From contig CAWHHI010000009.1 of NCBI GenBank assembly GCA_963829055.1, positions 128,001-192,000 on the forward strand: a stretch of 64,000 nucleotides of DNA, given 5' to 3'. Positions 1-10,812 of this stretch are shown here, in pieces; position 1 is the stretch's first letter, and every line of letters starts with the position of its first letter. This stretch comes from an uncultured Gemmatimonadaceae bacterium. Lineage in GTDB: Bacteria > Gemmatimonadota > Gemmatimonadetes > Gemmatimonadales > Gemmatimonadaceae. A program made the position numbers and the translations under genes. The notes beneath the pieces are model-generated. The model was not told the origin of the DNA, ran no database searches, and worked only from the letters and a program-made list of their open reading frames with translations.

Positions 1-990
1 TCCACCGCCGCTTGTGGCGCTCGCGCGCGCCTGCGCCGCCTGGTACGCACGCCCATAGTGGTTGTTGCCATGGATCGAGCAGAACGGCTTCTTCTCGTCG
101 AGAAGCTTGAGCACTTCGTCCGTGATCGGCACACCGCCGACCTCGGGATGCTGGATGAGGTCGACCCCCGACACGAGCGCGATGTACATGCCTTCCGGCG
201 TCGTCGCATGCGTCTCCGCCATGAGACCGCGCTTGTGCACCGCGTCCACGATCGCCTTGAACTGACGCTCGCTGAAGACGAGGCCAGGTTCGGTTTGTGA
301 GTGCACCGTCCCGCCGATCTTCACGAAGTCGACGCCCTTGTCGATGTAGTTGTTGACGATCACGCGCAGCGAGTCGGGACCGAACCACGGCATGAGCTCA
401 CCAGCGCCCTGCGTGATCTGGTCGTTGATCCACTCCTCGTAGTAATTCTCGGGATCGCGGCCGCGGAACGTCTTCGAGAACGTGCCGCCCCAGCCGATGA
501 TGTTGCCCGCGACGTACATGCGGGCGCCGACGGCCTTGCCGCTCTTGATCGCGTCGCGCGCGGCGAGCAGCGGCATCATCGTGCCGTACGAGTCACGTAT
601 CGACGTGACGCCGTACTTGAGGTGCATCTGCGCCCCTTCGATCGCGATGTCCGTGAGCTTCTCCCAGTACCGCGCGTACTCGGCGGCGCTCGTGGGCATG
701 CCGTTGTGCACGTTCGTGTCGACAAACCCGGGCGTCGCGAACTTGCCTGTGCCGTCCACCTTCTGCGCGCAGTCGGGAACCTTCACGTCGGCGCGTTTGC
801 CCACCTGCTCGAACTTGCCGTTGCGCACCAGGACGGTGCCGTCCGCGAGTGGCGCGCCACCGTTGCCGTCGATGACGGTGACACCGATGATCGCGATGGC
901 GCACGGCTGCGGCGGGTTCTGCGCAGCGGCCTCTGACAGGGCCACGGCAACGAAGGCAAGGGATGTCACGACCGGTCGAAGGTGAAGCAT
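1..990 (-). CDS. Secreted amidohydrolase-family protein (3' end outside window)
   Basis: Read by hand, since it is open to the window edge and missing from the ORF track: MLHLRPVVTSLAFVAVALSEAAAQ signal, IIGVTVIDGNGG, GKFATPGFVDTNVH, AETHATTPEG, GVDLIQH. Similar to 9363-10766. Confidence 0.85.
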   Translation of the reverse strand, partial: MLHLRPVVTSLAFVAVALSEAAAQNPPQPCAIAIIGVTVIDGNGGAPLADGTVLVRNGKFEQVGKRADVKVPDCAQKVDGTGKFATPGFVDTNVHNGMPTSAAEYARYWEKLTDIAIEGAQMHLKYGVTSIRDSYGTMMPLLAARDAIKSGKAVGARMYVAGNIIGWGGTFSKTFRGRDPENYYEEWINDQITQGAGELMPWFGPDSLRVIVNNYIDKGVDFVKIGGTVHSQTEPGLVFSERQFKAIVDAVHKRGLMAETHATTPEGMYIALVSGVDLIQHPEVGGVPITDEVLKLLDEKKPFCSIHGNNHYGRAYQAAQARASATSGGG

Positions 991-1052
991 GAGTGAACCT
1001 CTCGTTGGTGATACAGGCGGGATGCACCGAACCTGCCTAACGACGACGATGG

Positions 1053-3456
1053 TCAGGGCACAGGCAGCTTGCGCCGCCGCATGTTCGCGAGCGGGTCCGC
1101 GACGCCGGTGAACGTGTACTCCGGCACCTCGTAACCCATCAGATTCCGCACGAAGTAGTCGAAAATGAGGCGGCTCCCGTACCACCCGCCGCTCGAGTGC
1201 CCCTGATCCGGAAACACCATCATGTCGAATCGCTTGCCCGCATCGATCAGCGCCGCAGCAACGCGAATTGTCATCGACGGGTGTACGGCTTCGTCCAGGT
1301 CACCGTGCACGAGCATCAGCTTCCCGCGCAGGTTGTTCGCGAGGAGGTAATTCGCGTCCCCCTCGTAGTTGTCCTTGCCCGTAGAGTCCTTGTGCAGCAT
1401 GCCACGCCACGACTCACCGACGATGGTGTGCTCGCTGCGATCGTCGTGGTTGCCGGCGAACGCCACACCGACCTTGAAGAAGTCGGGATAGCGGAGCATT
1501 CCGACAGTCGTGGAAAGTCCCCCGCCCGACAAGCCGTACAAACCGACCTTGTCCAGGTCGATCCACGAGAACCGCGCGCCTAACTGCTTGATCGCCTCCA
1601 CGTGGTCGGCGAGGGTGGCTTCGGCATATCGACCCTGGTACTGCGTCCGATAGTAGTTCCGTATTGCCGGAGATGGATCACGAACGCCGCGCGGCTGAAT
1701 CTGCAGGACGATGAAGCCGAGCTCCGCCAGCGCCTGCTGCTCGCTCGACGGGCCGATGAAGCCCCATCCTCTGATGGCGCCAAGCGGCATCGGGTAGATG
1801 TGATCGACGACGGGGTACCGCTTGGTGGAGTCGAAGTTGGTCGGCTTGTAGACGGCCGCGTAGAGCGGCGCACCATCGCTCGCGGTCAGCGTGTGGATCT
1901 CGATCGGCTTCCACCCGAGCGACGTCGACGTCGAAATGTCGGTGCGCTCGAGCTCGCGGATGACGCGTCCGTTGTCCGTCGATCGTACGACCGTCACCGG
2001 CGGCACGTCGGTCGACGAATAGGTGTCGACGAAGAAACGTCCGTTCGGTGAGATCGTGGTAGTGTGATCGCCTGTCTCCGGGGTCAGCAGCGCGAGACCG
2101 GAGCCGTCAGCGCGCATCCGGTACAACTTCGTGTGTCCCTTGAACGTGTTCGCCTCGCGCCCGTTCCCACGCACGAAGAGCGTGCTCCTGGTGCTGTCGA
2201 TCGCGGCGTCGGTCACGTTCCACGCGCCCTCGGTGACTTTGCCGATGAACTTCCCGGTACTGTCGTACCTGTAGATGTGTGAAGCTCCGTCGCGCTCCGA
2301 GTACCAGTACACGTCGTTGCCACGACTCAGGCGCCAGATGCCGCTGCCCACGACGTACTCACTGATGGCACCGTAGCGGAACGTGTTGCTGTCCGAGACG
2401 ATCCGTCGTGCTGCCCCCGTCCTGGCGTCGGCCGTCATCAGGGCAAGCCTGTTGGGGCCGCGGTTGCTGCTCAGGAAGAAGAACCGGTCCGACGTCGGTG
2501 CCCACTGTGCGAACAGTGCCAATGCCGCGGTCTCGGTCATGCCGCCGCGCACCCACGGGATCTGCTCCGTATTCACGCGGATCTTCGACTTGTCCGTGAT
2601 GTCGATGACGTAGAGGTCATGGCGCTCGACGACAGAGTCGCTCGGAATCGCTTGCGGCACCGCGAAGAGCTCGGGTCGAATCGTCGTCGATGAGATGTAG
2701 TAGAACTTCTCTACGCCGCGGACGTCCCAACGCATGACCACCATCTTCTTCGAGTCCGGCGACCACACGACCATCGGAAGACGCGGCTCTCCGGTGCGCC
2801 TCAGGCTGATGGACTGAAACGTGCCAGCGCGTCCGTAGGCCCACTCGGCGGACCCGTCAGTCGTTAGGCGCGTCTCGCACGAGGCGCCGCTCGTGCACCC
2901 GACCTGCCGGATGTAGAATGTCGTTGTCGCGCACGAACGCGTCCCACTTCTCATCGGGCGATCGACGCATGCCGCGGTCCGTCCGTGGCTTGGCCGCCAC
3001 GGGTGAGCATTTGTGCGTCCCGACGTCACAGGACAGGCGCTTCGCGCCGACGGTGAAGCTCACCAGCTTCTCATCCTTCGACAGCTCGAAGTCCGCCAGC
3101 GTTAGGCGTCGCGATTCGACGACCGAATCGAGTGCGGCCGAGATCCCTTGGGACAGCAGCCCACGGTCGACGAGCAACCGCCTGGTGTTCCGGGCGGGAT
3201 CGACCAGGTATCGCTCGGTCCCCTCCGGCGTCTCGACGGCATACCAGAACCGAGAGCCGTCAGCGAGCCAGCGCACCTCGACGCGGTTGCGGTACATCTT
3301 GTCGGCCGCGCGGTGCTGCATGAAGCGTTCGGCGCGCGCGTATGCCGATGCCGGCAGCGTGTCGAGAAATCGTTGCGCTTGCGCCGGGAGCGCGACGACG
3401 AGGTGCATCGCGCCGATCGCGCCGAGGGAAAGGGCGTAGAGTCGCAATGAACGCAT
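1053..3456 (-). CDS. S9 family (DPP-IV-like) secreted serine peptidase, frameshifted near 2915
   Basis: N-terminal part (MRSLRLYALS...AQAQ signal) lies in ORF 2857-3678 and joins ORF 1053-3029. Catalytic motifs GLSGGG, HGDLDEAVH, DQGH; WSPDS propeller repeats. Confidence 0.9.
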
Positions 3457-3681
3457 CCTGCGGTCGATGGGGACCCTGCTTGGGCGGCGAATATGCGTCG
3501 ACGCGTTCGCGCAGGCCAGCCGTACGCCAAGCATGCGCGGGCACGAATGGACGACCAGTCTTGACGGTTGTGACTCACGAACGGATCTTCGCCTCGAAAC
3601 GATCGGCCGACGCGCACTCCCCTTCGTTCGTCGCGACGTGTGTCGCGCCGACTCGCTCCCACTCAGTGCCAGGAGCATCCT

Positions 3682-6600
3682 ATGGAGCTCGCTTCAGTGT
3701 TGAAAGCGGCCTTGCTACCGCTCTCCCTCGCGTCACCGTCGGCGCGGCCAGGCACCCCAGAGCACCCGAACTCCTTTGTCTCGGAGGCGGAGATTGCTCG
3801 TTTCGCAGGAACCATCAGAGGGCGCGTCGTCGAGGCGGGCTCTGGCGCACCCATCGTCGGTGCCACGGTCACCGTCGGCGGCACACGCCTCGGTGCGATG
3901 TCGGGCAACGACGGTCGGTACACCATCACTCAGGTCCCGGCAGGGAGCCAGGTGCTCACGGTGCACATGCTCGGCTTCGCGCCGAAAAGCGACACGGTCT
4001 CCGTCACGGACAACGGTGAGGTCACGGGCGACTTCACCCTCCAGCGCTCGGCGTCGCAGCTCTCGGAGGTCGTCGTCACGGCGACCGGTGATCAGCGGAA
4101 GGTGGAGATCGGTAACGCGGTGGCGACGCTGCGCGCCGATTCGCTCGTTGCGGTAGCGCCGATCACCTCCGTCGGCGACATGCTTCAGGGCCGCGTCGCG
4201 GGGCTGCTCACGTTCGCCAATGCCGGTATGACGGGCTCAGCACCACGCATCCGCATCCGCGGCTTCAACTCGCTGTCGCAGCCTAACAACCCGATGATGA
4301 TCGTCGACGGCACGCGCGTCGACAACACGACCGGCGCGGGCAACGGGGGCGGCACGAACGTCCAGTCGTACGGCTGGACCGCCGGATCCGTGACCGCGAT
4401 GAATCCCGAGGAGATCGAGTCGGTCGAGATCGTCAAGGGACCCTCTGCGGCAACGCTGTACGGAACGGATGCAGCGAACGGTGTGATCGTCATTCGGACC
4501 AAACGCGGCACGGCCGGATCGCCGAAGTGGAATCTCTACGCTGAAGGCGGTCTCATTCCCGGTCCGACGACGTGGAACGACAATTACTACGCGTTTGGCA
4601 AGAGCCCCACGGGCCAGGCCATGCAATGCGTCAACCTCGCACGCGCGGCGGGACAGTGTACGCTGGACAGCGTCAGCGTCTGGAGCCCGATGAGCGATGC
4701 TCCGAGCTCACCGGTGGGGACAGGCAATCGTCGGCAACTCGGTGCTCAGGTCTCCGGCGGCACGCAGCAACTGCGGTACTTCGTAGGCTCCGACTGGGAG
4801 CGTGAGCGCGGTTACCTCGAGCTGCCGGACGTCGAGATCGAGCGCCTCAAGGCCGAGCGCGGTACCGGCGAGATCCCGGATGAACAGATCCACCCGAACT
4901 TCCTGCATCGTACGGCGCTCCGTGCCAACGGGTCGGCGATGCTCGGCGCGAAGGGCGATCTGAACCTCTCGAACAGCGTCCAATTCCAGAAGAGCCAGAT
5001 CCCCCTGAACACCGTCTTCACCGACGCGGCGTGGGGCTCGGGCTACAAGGACGCGTGGGATGGCTGGGGCCAGCAGCGTCGGCCGGGCGAAACGTTCGCG
5101 GTGCGCTCGGCGGAGAAACTGTTTCGCATCACCAGCTCGGCCAACGGAAACTTCGCGCCAACCTCGTGGTTGACGACTCGGGCCACGATCGGCGTGGATG
5201 CCAGCTCGGTGTTCTCCGACAACCTGCAGCGTCGCGGCGAAGGAGGAACTGCGCTCGCACCGAGTCTCGGACGCCGGCTCGACGTGCGGTCGACCACGAT
5301 GCTCATCACGGGCGACGCCGGTGCGACGGCGAGCTTCAGCCTAACGCCGTCGATCGCGTCCAAGACCTCCGTCGGCGCCCAGTACAATCGGCGTGACCGC
5401 GGGATCACGACCGCCGTCGGCACCAACCTGCCGCCGGGCTCGAGCACGCTCGCCGGTGCGGCCACGGTCACCAACAGCGAGGCGACCATCGAATCGGTCG
5501 TGGCTGGCGGCTACGTCGAGCAGCAGATCGCGCTGAACGATCGACTGTTCCTCACGGGTGCGCTGCGGGCCGATGGCGCGAGCACCTTCGGTGAGAACTT
5601 CAAGACCGCGTACTACCCGAAGGGCAGTGTCTCGTGGGTCCTCTCGAGCGAGAGCTGGTTCCCGCAGACGAAGGCGATCTCGAGCCTCCGCTTCCGCACG
5701 GCGTACGGCTCGTCAGGCGTGCAGCCGCCGGCCGACGCCGCGCTCACGCGCCTCCAGTTGCAGACGGTGTTCGTCAACGGCACGACGGGTTCCGGCGCGC
5801 AGCTGCAGACGCTCGGCAACCCCGATCTCGCGCCCGAGCGTACGACGGAGCTCGAAGGTGGCATCGACATCGACTTCTTCGATGGTCGCGTGCGCCTCGA
5901 GGCAACGGCGTACGAGAAGCGGAGCACGGATGCGCTCGTGCAGCGATCCTATCCGCGCTCGGCGGGGCTGATCGCGACCGGCCAGCTCGACAACGTGGGT
6001 CGCGTGCGCAACCGCGGGGTGGAAGGCGTCCTCAACGCGATGGTCTTCAGGACTGGCGGTACGGAGCTCAACGTCTCGCTGAACGGCTCGATCAATCACT
6101 CCAAGCTTCTCGAGCTCGACGAGAGCACGCGTCCACCCGAAGACCGCTTCATCAAGTTCGTGCAGGGCTACCCGCTCTTCGGGATGTGGGATCGAAAGAT
6201 TCGTGGCTACAGTGATGCCAACAACGACGGCGTCCTGCAGATCAGTGAGGTCCAGGTCGATGATTCGGTCACGTTCATCGGCGAGACGAACCCTACGAAT
6301 CTGCTCACGTTCAGTCCGAGTCTCTCGCTGTTCAACGGGACGATTCACCTCACCTCGATGATCGTCCACAAGGGCAACTTCATTCAGACGAACTTCTCGG
6401 AGCTGAACAAGTGCGCGAGCTTCGGGGCGTGCAAGGCGCGCAATGACCCCAAAGCATCGATCGCGGAACAAGCGCCGTATGCGGGGTTCGCGGGTTCGAC
6501 CTTGACGTATGCCGGCTACGCCGAGGACGGCACGTTCACGCGCTGGGCGGAGGCGTCGATCGTGTGGGATGCGACTCGCCAGTTCAAGCGCGCGCTTGGC

Positions 6601-6792
6601 AATCGGTCGGCCACGGTCACGTTCAGCGGCCGCAACCTCGCGCTGTGGACGAAATACTCCGGTCTGGATCCGGAAGTGACGGCGCTCCCCGACCTGACCG
6701 GTAACTTCGGCACGGTGTGGGATCTCGGATACGACAATCCCGTTTCGCCGCTGCCGAAGTACTTCATCCTGCGTCTTTCCTTCGGACTGTGA
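3682..6792 (+). CDS. SusC/RagA-like TonB-dependent outer-membrane transporter
   Basis: CarboxypepD-like N-domain, plug motif IESVEIVKGPSAATLYGTDAANGVIVIRTKRG, GNPDLAPERTTE, C-terminal LSFGL. AGGAG RBS at 3671. Confidence 0.93.
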   Translation: MELASVLKAALLPLSLASPSARPGTPEHPNSFVSEAEIARFAGTIRGRVVEAGSGAPIVGATVTVGGTRLGAMSGNDGRYTITQVPAGSQVLTVHMLGFAPKSDTVSVTDNGEVTGDFTLQRSASQLSEVVVTATGDQRKVEIGNAVATLRADSLVAVAPITSVGDMLQGRVAGLLTFANAGMTGSAPRIRIRGFNSLSQPNNPMMIVDGTRVDNTTGAGNGGGTNVQSYGWTAGSVTAMNPEEIESVEIVKGPSAATLYGTDAANGVIVIRTKRGTAGSPKWNLYAEGGLIPGPTTWNDNYYAFGKSPTGQAMQCVNLARAAGQCTLDSVSVWSPMSDAPSSPVGTGNRRQLGAQVSGGTQQLRYFVGSDWERERGYLELPDVEIERLKAERGTGEIPDEQIHPNFLHRTALRANGSAMLGAKGDLNLSNSVQFQKSQIPLNTVFTDAAWGSGYKDAWDGWGQQRRPGETFAVRSAEKLFRITSSANGNFAPTSWLTTRATIGVDASSVFSDNLQRRGEGGTALAPSLGRRLDVRSTTMLITGDAGATASFSLTPSIASKTSVGAQYNRRDRGITTAVGTNLPPGSSTLAGAATVTNSEATIESVVAGGYVEQQIALNDRLFLTGALRADGASTFGENFKTAYYPKGSVSWVLSSESWFPQTKAISSLRFRTAYGSSGVQPPADAALTRLQLQTVFVNGTTGSGAQLQTLGNPDLAPERTTELEGGIDIDFFDGRVRLEATAYEKRSTDALVQRSYPRSAGLIATGQLDNVGRVRNRGVEGVLNAMVFRTGGTELNVSLNGSINHSKLLELDESTRPPEDRFIKFVQGYPLFGMWDRKIRGYSDANNDGVLQISEVQVDDSVTFIGETNPTNLLTFSPSLSLFNGTIHLTSMIVHKGNFIQTNFSELNKCASFGACKARNDPKASIAEQAPYAGFAGSTLTYAGYAEDGTFTRWAEASIVWDATRQFKRALGNRSATVTFSGRNLALWTKYSGLDPEVTALPDLTGNFGTVWDLGYDNPVSPLPKYFILRLSFGL

Positions 6793-6803
6793 GGAGCCGA
6801 CCG

Positions 6804-8096
6804 ATGACCTCACGAATTTCCCGGCTCCCCATAGCCGCCGCACTGACGGTGACGTTAGGCTGCTCGTCGCTGACCGACGTGGACTCGCCGGACGTGGTTC
6901 AGCCGGAGCAGCTGAACAATGCCGCCGGTGCCGAGGCGCTGACGACGGGTGCGCTCGCTTCGATCATGTCGCCGTTCATGACCTTCGCGTACAACACGTC
7001 GGTCTTCAGCGATGAGATGAAGCTCGCGACGGCGTTCAATTCGTTCGCGGACATCGACTTCCGAACGCAGTCGCTGACCTTCAACGAATACGGCCCGACC
7101 CTGATGCACCGGGTTCGGACGCAGACGCAGCAGGCCATCGACTCGCGCAAGGAGTTCGCACCAACGCCGCGCGCTCGCATCGGCCAGCTCTTCGCCACGA
7201 AGGGGCTCGCCGAGCTGTTCCTCGGCGAAACGAGCTGCAATGGCACGCCGCTCACCGACATCGAAGGGACGGACCCGATCTTCAGTGGCCCGTTGACGAG
7301 CGACAGCATCCTGAAGGTTGCGATCACGAACTTCGACTCGGCGGTCGTGTACGCGGCGGACAGTGCGCGCGTGCTCAATCTGGCGAAGGTCGGACGCGGC
7401 CGCGCGCTGCTGGATCGCGGGCAGTACGCGCAGGCAGCAGCGGCGGTGGCCGGCGTGCCAACCAACTACGTGTACAATGCCGAAGCGACGTTGGCGGTTG
7501 CGAACCAGATCAACCTGATCTGGAATGGCAACAATCTGAAGACGGCAACAGTAGCTGAACGCGAAGGCGGCAACGGGTTGAACTTTGTGACCGCCGCCGA
7601 TCCGCGCGTCCCCACGATCGCAAATGGCGTGGGCGGCGACGGCGTGACGAACGTCTTCATCTTCGGGAAGTATTCCGGGCAGGCATCCCCGATCCCGATG
7701 GTCACCGGCGTCGAAGCGCGGCTGATCGAGGCAGAAGCCGCGTTGCAGGCGAACCGAAACGATACGTCGCCCACTGGCAACGGCTGGTTAGGCATCCTGA
7801 ACAACCTGCGAGCGACGGCGATCACGCCAGCGATGGCTCCGCTGGCGGATCCGGGAAGCTTCGATGCACGCGTGAACCTGCTCTTCCGCGAGCGCGCGTT
7901 CTGGTTGTACGGAACGGGTCACCGCATGGGCGATCTGCGTCGCCTCCTCCGACAGTATGGTCGCGCCGAAGCGCAGACGTGGCCGAAGGGACCGTACAAA
8001 GGTGGGGTCAGCTACGGGGACGAGGTGGTGTTCATCCTCACACTCTCCGAGCAGGCGAACCCGACCGTACGGACGTGCACCGACAAGAATCCGTAA
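6804..8096 (+). CDS. SusD/RagB-like lipoprotein
   Basis: Lipobox TLGC; EARLIEAEA and LFRERAFWLYGTGHRMGDLRR motifs; directly after the SusC-like gene, GAGGAG RBS. Confidence 0.88.
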   Translation: MTSRISRLPIAAALTVTLGCSSLTDVDSPDVVQPEQLNNAAGAEALTTGALASIMSPFMTFAYNTSVFSDEMKLATAFNSFADIDFRTQSLTFNEYGPTLMHRVRTQTQQAIDSRKEFAPTPRARIGQLFATKGLAELFLGETSCNGTPLTDIEGTDPIFSGPLTSDSILKVAITNFDSAVVYAADSARVLNLAKVGRGRALLDRGQYAQAAAAVAGVPTNYVYNAEATLAVANQINLIWNGNNLKTATVAEREGGNGLNFVTAADPRVPTIANGVGGDGVTNVFIFGKYSGQASPIPMVTGVEARLIEAEAALQANRNDTSPTGNGWLGILNNLRATAITPAMAPLADPGSFDARVNLLFRERAFWLYGTGHRMGDLRRLLRQYGRAEAQTWPKGPYKGGVSYGDEVVFILTLSEQANPTVRTCTDKNP

Positions 8097-8117
8097 TCGG
8101 GCGTGTGGGATGACACC

Positions 8118-8150
8118 ATAGGGGCGGGACCCGTTAGGTCCCGCCCCTAT
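8118..8150. terminator. Hairpin between convergent genes (terminator or REP-like)
   Basis: ATAGGGGCGGGACC-CGTTA-GGTCCCGCCCCTAT, a perfect 14-bp stem. Confidence 0.7.
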
Positions 8151-8729
8151 TTGCGCACTGCCTCGTGGATGACGATCGGCGTTACGAGGTTCTGGCCATT
8201 CGCCGGTTCGCTCTGAATGCGGCGGGCGACGTCGAGACCGCGCACCACGCGCCCGAACGCGGCGAAGCCCTGCCCGTCGGGGTTCCGCATGCCGCCGAAG
8301 TCCAGCGCGGGCTGCGGGCCGAGGCAGATGAAGAAGCTCGACGTCGCGCTGTTCGCGCCGGCGCGCGCCATCGAGATCGTGCCATCGAGGTGCTTCAGGC
8401 CGAGTCACCGACGTCCGCTCGAGCTCGATCGGTGGGAAGCCCTGGCCGCGTTTTTCGCGGCTCGCTCCCGCCTGGATGACCGTGATTCGGATCGAGTCGT
8501 TAGGCTGGTTGTCCGCGCGCACGACCCGGTAGAACGAGCCGTTCGTGAAGAAGCCACCATCGACGTACCGAAGGAAATTCTTCCCGGTGACCGGAGCGCG
8601 GATCGTGTCGACCTCCACCTCGATCTCGCCGCGCTCGGTCCGGAAGACTACGTGCGGCAGCGACTGCGCGCGGAGCGGGGACGCGACCGCCATCGCGGCG
8701 GCTAGCGCGGCGGTCAGGCCGGCACGCAT
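8147..8729 (-). CDS. Cyclophilin-type peptidyl-prolyl isomerase, exported; frameshift near 8405
   Basis: APVTGKNFLRYV, SFYRVVR, VIQAG, then in the other frame KHLDGTISMARAGANSATSSFFI and FAAFGRVV. Confidence 0.9.
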
Positions 8730-8737
8730 GCCATTCC

Positions 8738-9295
8738 CTATGACCAGGCGGGGCAACGCGCCGGCGGGGCGCCCGGCGGGGCGCCCTGCGGTGCCGGCGG
8801 CGGACCGTCGCGGACGTCCATGAGCTCGACGTCGAAGACGAGCGTCGCCTTCGCCGGGATGAGCGGTGGGCGGCCCTTCACGCCGTAGGCGAGCTGGTAG
8901 GGGATGATGAGGCGGCGACGCGCCCCGACCCTCATCCCCTCGAAGCCCTGGTCCCAGCCGATGATGACGGTCCGCTTACCCTGCTGGAAGGAGAGCGGCG
9001 TGCGAGGCTGTCCATTGCTCGCGGTGTCGCGCGACGAGTCGAACTTCTTGCCGTCGGTGAGCCAGCCCGTGTAGTGGACGTAATAGCACTTGTCAGGCGC
9101 AGCTTCAGCGCCGGAGCCTTGTGCGAGGTCAATGTAGCGCATGGTGAACTGCGTGTGCTCCTTGCCCTCGACTTTCGGGGGCGCGGGTCCGCGCTGCCCG
9201 CGAGAGGCGCACGCACTCGAGAACGTCGCGAGGGCGAGCAGGATCAGGCGGTGGCGACGTTCTGAACGCATGTCACAACGCATGTCACGACGCAT
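8738..9295 (-). CDS. FKBP-type peptidyl-prolyl isomerase, probable lipoprotein (start may be 9271)
   Basis: VHYTGWLTDGKKFDSSRD, VIIGWDQG, IPYQLAYG, TLVFDVEL; signal ending FSSAC. Confidence 0.93.
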   Translation of the reverse strand: MRRDMRCDMRSERRHRLILLALATFSSACASRGQRGPAPPKVEGKEHTQFTMRYIDLAQGSGAEAAPDKCYYVHYTGWLTDGKKFDSSRDTASNGQPRTPLSFQQGKRTVIIGWDQGFEGMRVGARRRLIIPYQLAYGVKGRPPLIPAKATLVFDVELMDVRDGPPPAPQGAPPGAPPARCPAWS

Positions 9296-9362
9296 GTCAG
9301 GACCGAGGAGTTCTGGCCAACGTAGATCCGCGGTTTTGGCGTTGTCCAGACGCGGTGAGCGC

Positions 9363-10766
9363 CTACGACTTCGTCTTCGCGGAGATCAGCGGCGCGGTCG
9401 GCAACGCGCCAAGGTCTACCACCTTGCCGTCCTTGATCACGGCGTTGACCCGCCGGTAGTTGCGTGCGCTCTCCAACGGGTTCGCGTCGAGGATCACCAC
9501 GTCGCCGATCTTCCCGACCTCGAGCGACCCGAGATCGCGACGCTTGTACGCGTACGCGACGTTGCTCGTCGCCGTCTTGAGGATCTCCATCCGGTCCATC
9601 CCGAGCTCCTCGAGCGCGTAGAGGGCGTTGAAGTGACCCTCGCCGAGCCTAACGCGGGGATCGATCGTGTCGGCGGCGATGGTGCGCGACTCGCTGCGCA
9701 GGACCGGATGCTCGATGCCGGCGTCGGTCGACACGAGAACCCGGATGCCGTGTGTAATGAAGTTCCGGATGTTCTCGTGCGAGATCTTGTAGAACGGGGT
9801 CAGTACACCCTCCGGCATGTTCTTCTCGATCGCCTCGCGATGCCGCTTCGTCACCGACAACACCGACACCGAAATGTCCTTCGCCTTGATCTTCTTCAAC
9901 GTCTCCTCGGCGATCGTATGAGTCGGCCCCGACATGTCGCCGTGCGTGAGGATGTCCACACCGGCTTCGACGGCAAGGTCGACGCTCTCGGGCGAGGTCA
10001 CGTGTGCCTGGACCGTTTTTCCCGCACGATGCCCTTCCTCGACGATCGCCTGCTGCGCACGCGGCGAGAACGTCAGGAAGTTCATGTCGACGTGGCCGCT
10101 CGCCCCGTACTTGAGGAAGTCCACGCCGCTCGCCGCATATTTCCTGATCGAGTCGCGCACCTCCTGGGGGTACATCCATAGAAGCTTGCGGCCGGTGCCG
10201 AGCTCCCACGCCTCGTTGATTCGCTTGGCGAAGGCCTTGCTCACGAAGGGCGCCGCAGTGGCGCGGAAGTCGGCCGCGAGGGGACCGTCGAACCCGATGA
10301 TGTTCCCGGCGAGGTAGATCCGGCTGCCCTGCTGCTGGCCCGAGTTGATCATGTCGCGCGCCTTGATGAGCGCGTCGCGCGGTCCCCAGGTGTCGAAGAC
10401 GGTCGTCAGCCCGCTCTTGAGCGCGATCTGCGCTCCCTCGATGGCCACCTCGTGGTAACGCCCCTCGTACTTGATGAGCGTCTCGAGGTCGAGGTTGAGG
10501 AAGAGGTGCAGGTTGGCGTCCATCAGGCCGGGGATGACGTACTTCCCGCGCGCGTCGATGGTGCGCATGGACGCGGGCACCTGAACCGTCCCCGCCTTGC
10601 CGACCGCGGAGATGCGGCCGTTGGTGATGACCACGACGCCATCGGTGATCGGCGCCTTCCCGGTGCCGTCGATGACGGTGGCACCGGTGACGGCGATGTT
10701 CTGCGCCGCGAGTGCAGTGGCGCTGATGAAGAGGATGGCGGCGCTGCGAAGGAGTGAATTGGGCAC
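9363..10766 (-). CDS. Secreted amidohydrolase-family protein
   Basis: GATVIDGTG, GKYVIPGLMDANLH, VQAH, ILTHGD, STDAG, GSLEVGKIGDVVILDANPL. GTG start with GAGGT RBS. Confidence 0.9.
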   Translation of the reverse strand: MPNSLLRSAAILFISATALAAQNIAVTGATVIDGTGKAPITDGVVVITNGRISAVGKAGTVQVPASMRTIDARGKYVIPGLMDANLHLFLNLDLETLIKYEGRYHEVAIEGAQIALKSGLTTVFDTWGPRDALIKARDMINSGQQQGSRIYLAGNIIGFDGPLAADFRATAAPFVSKAFAKRINEAWELGTGRKLLWMYPQEVRDSIRKYAASGVDFLKYGASGHVDMNFLTFSPRAQQAIVEEGHRAGKTVQAHVTSPESVDLAVEAGVDILTHGDMSGPTHTIAEETLKKIKAKDISVSVLSVTKRHREAIEKNMPEGVLTPFYKISHENIRNFITHGIRVLVSTDAGIEHPVLRSESRTIAADTIDPRVRLGEGHFNALYALEELGMDRMEILKTATSNVAYAYKRRDLGSLEVGKIGDVVILDANPLESARNYRRVNAVIKDGKVVDLGALPTAPLISAKTKS

Positions 10767-10812
10767 GCTGTACCTCGATTGGCGTGGGCCTGCTGCTGCA
10801 AACGATCCGTGC

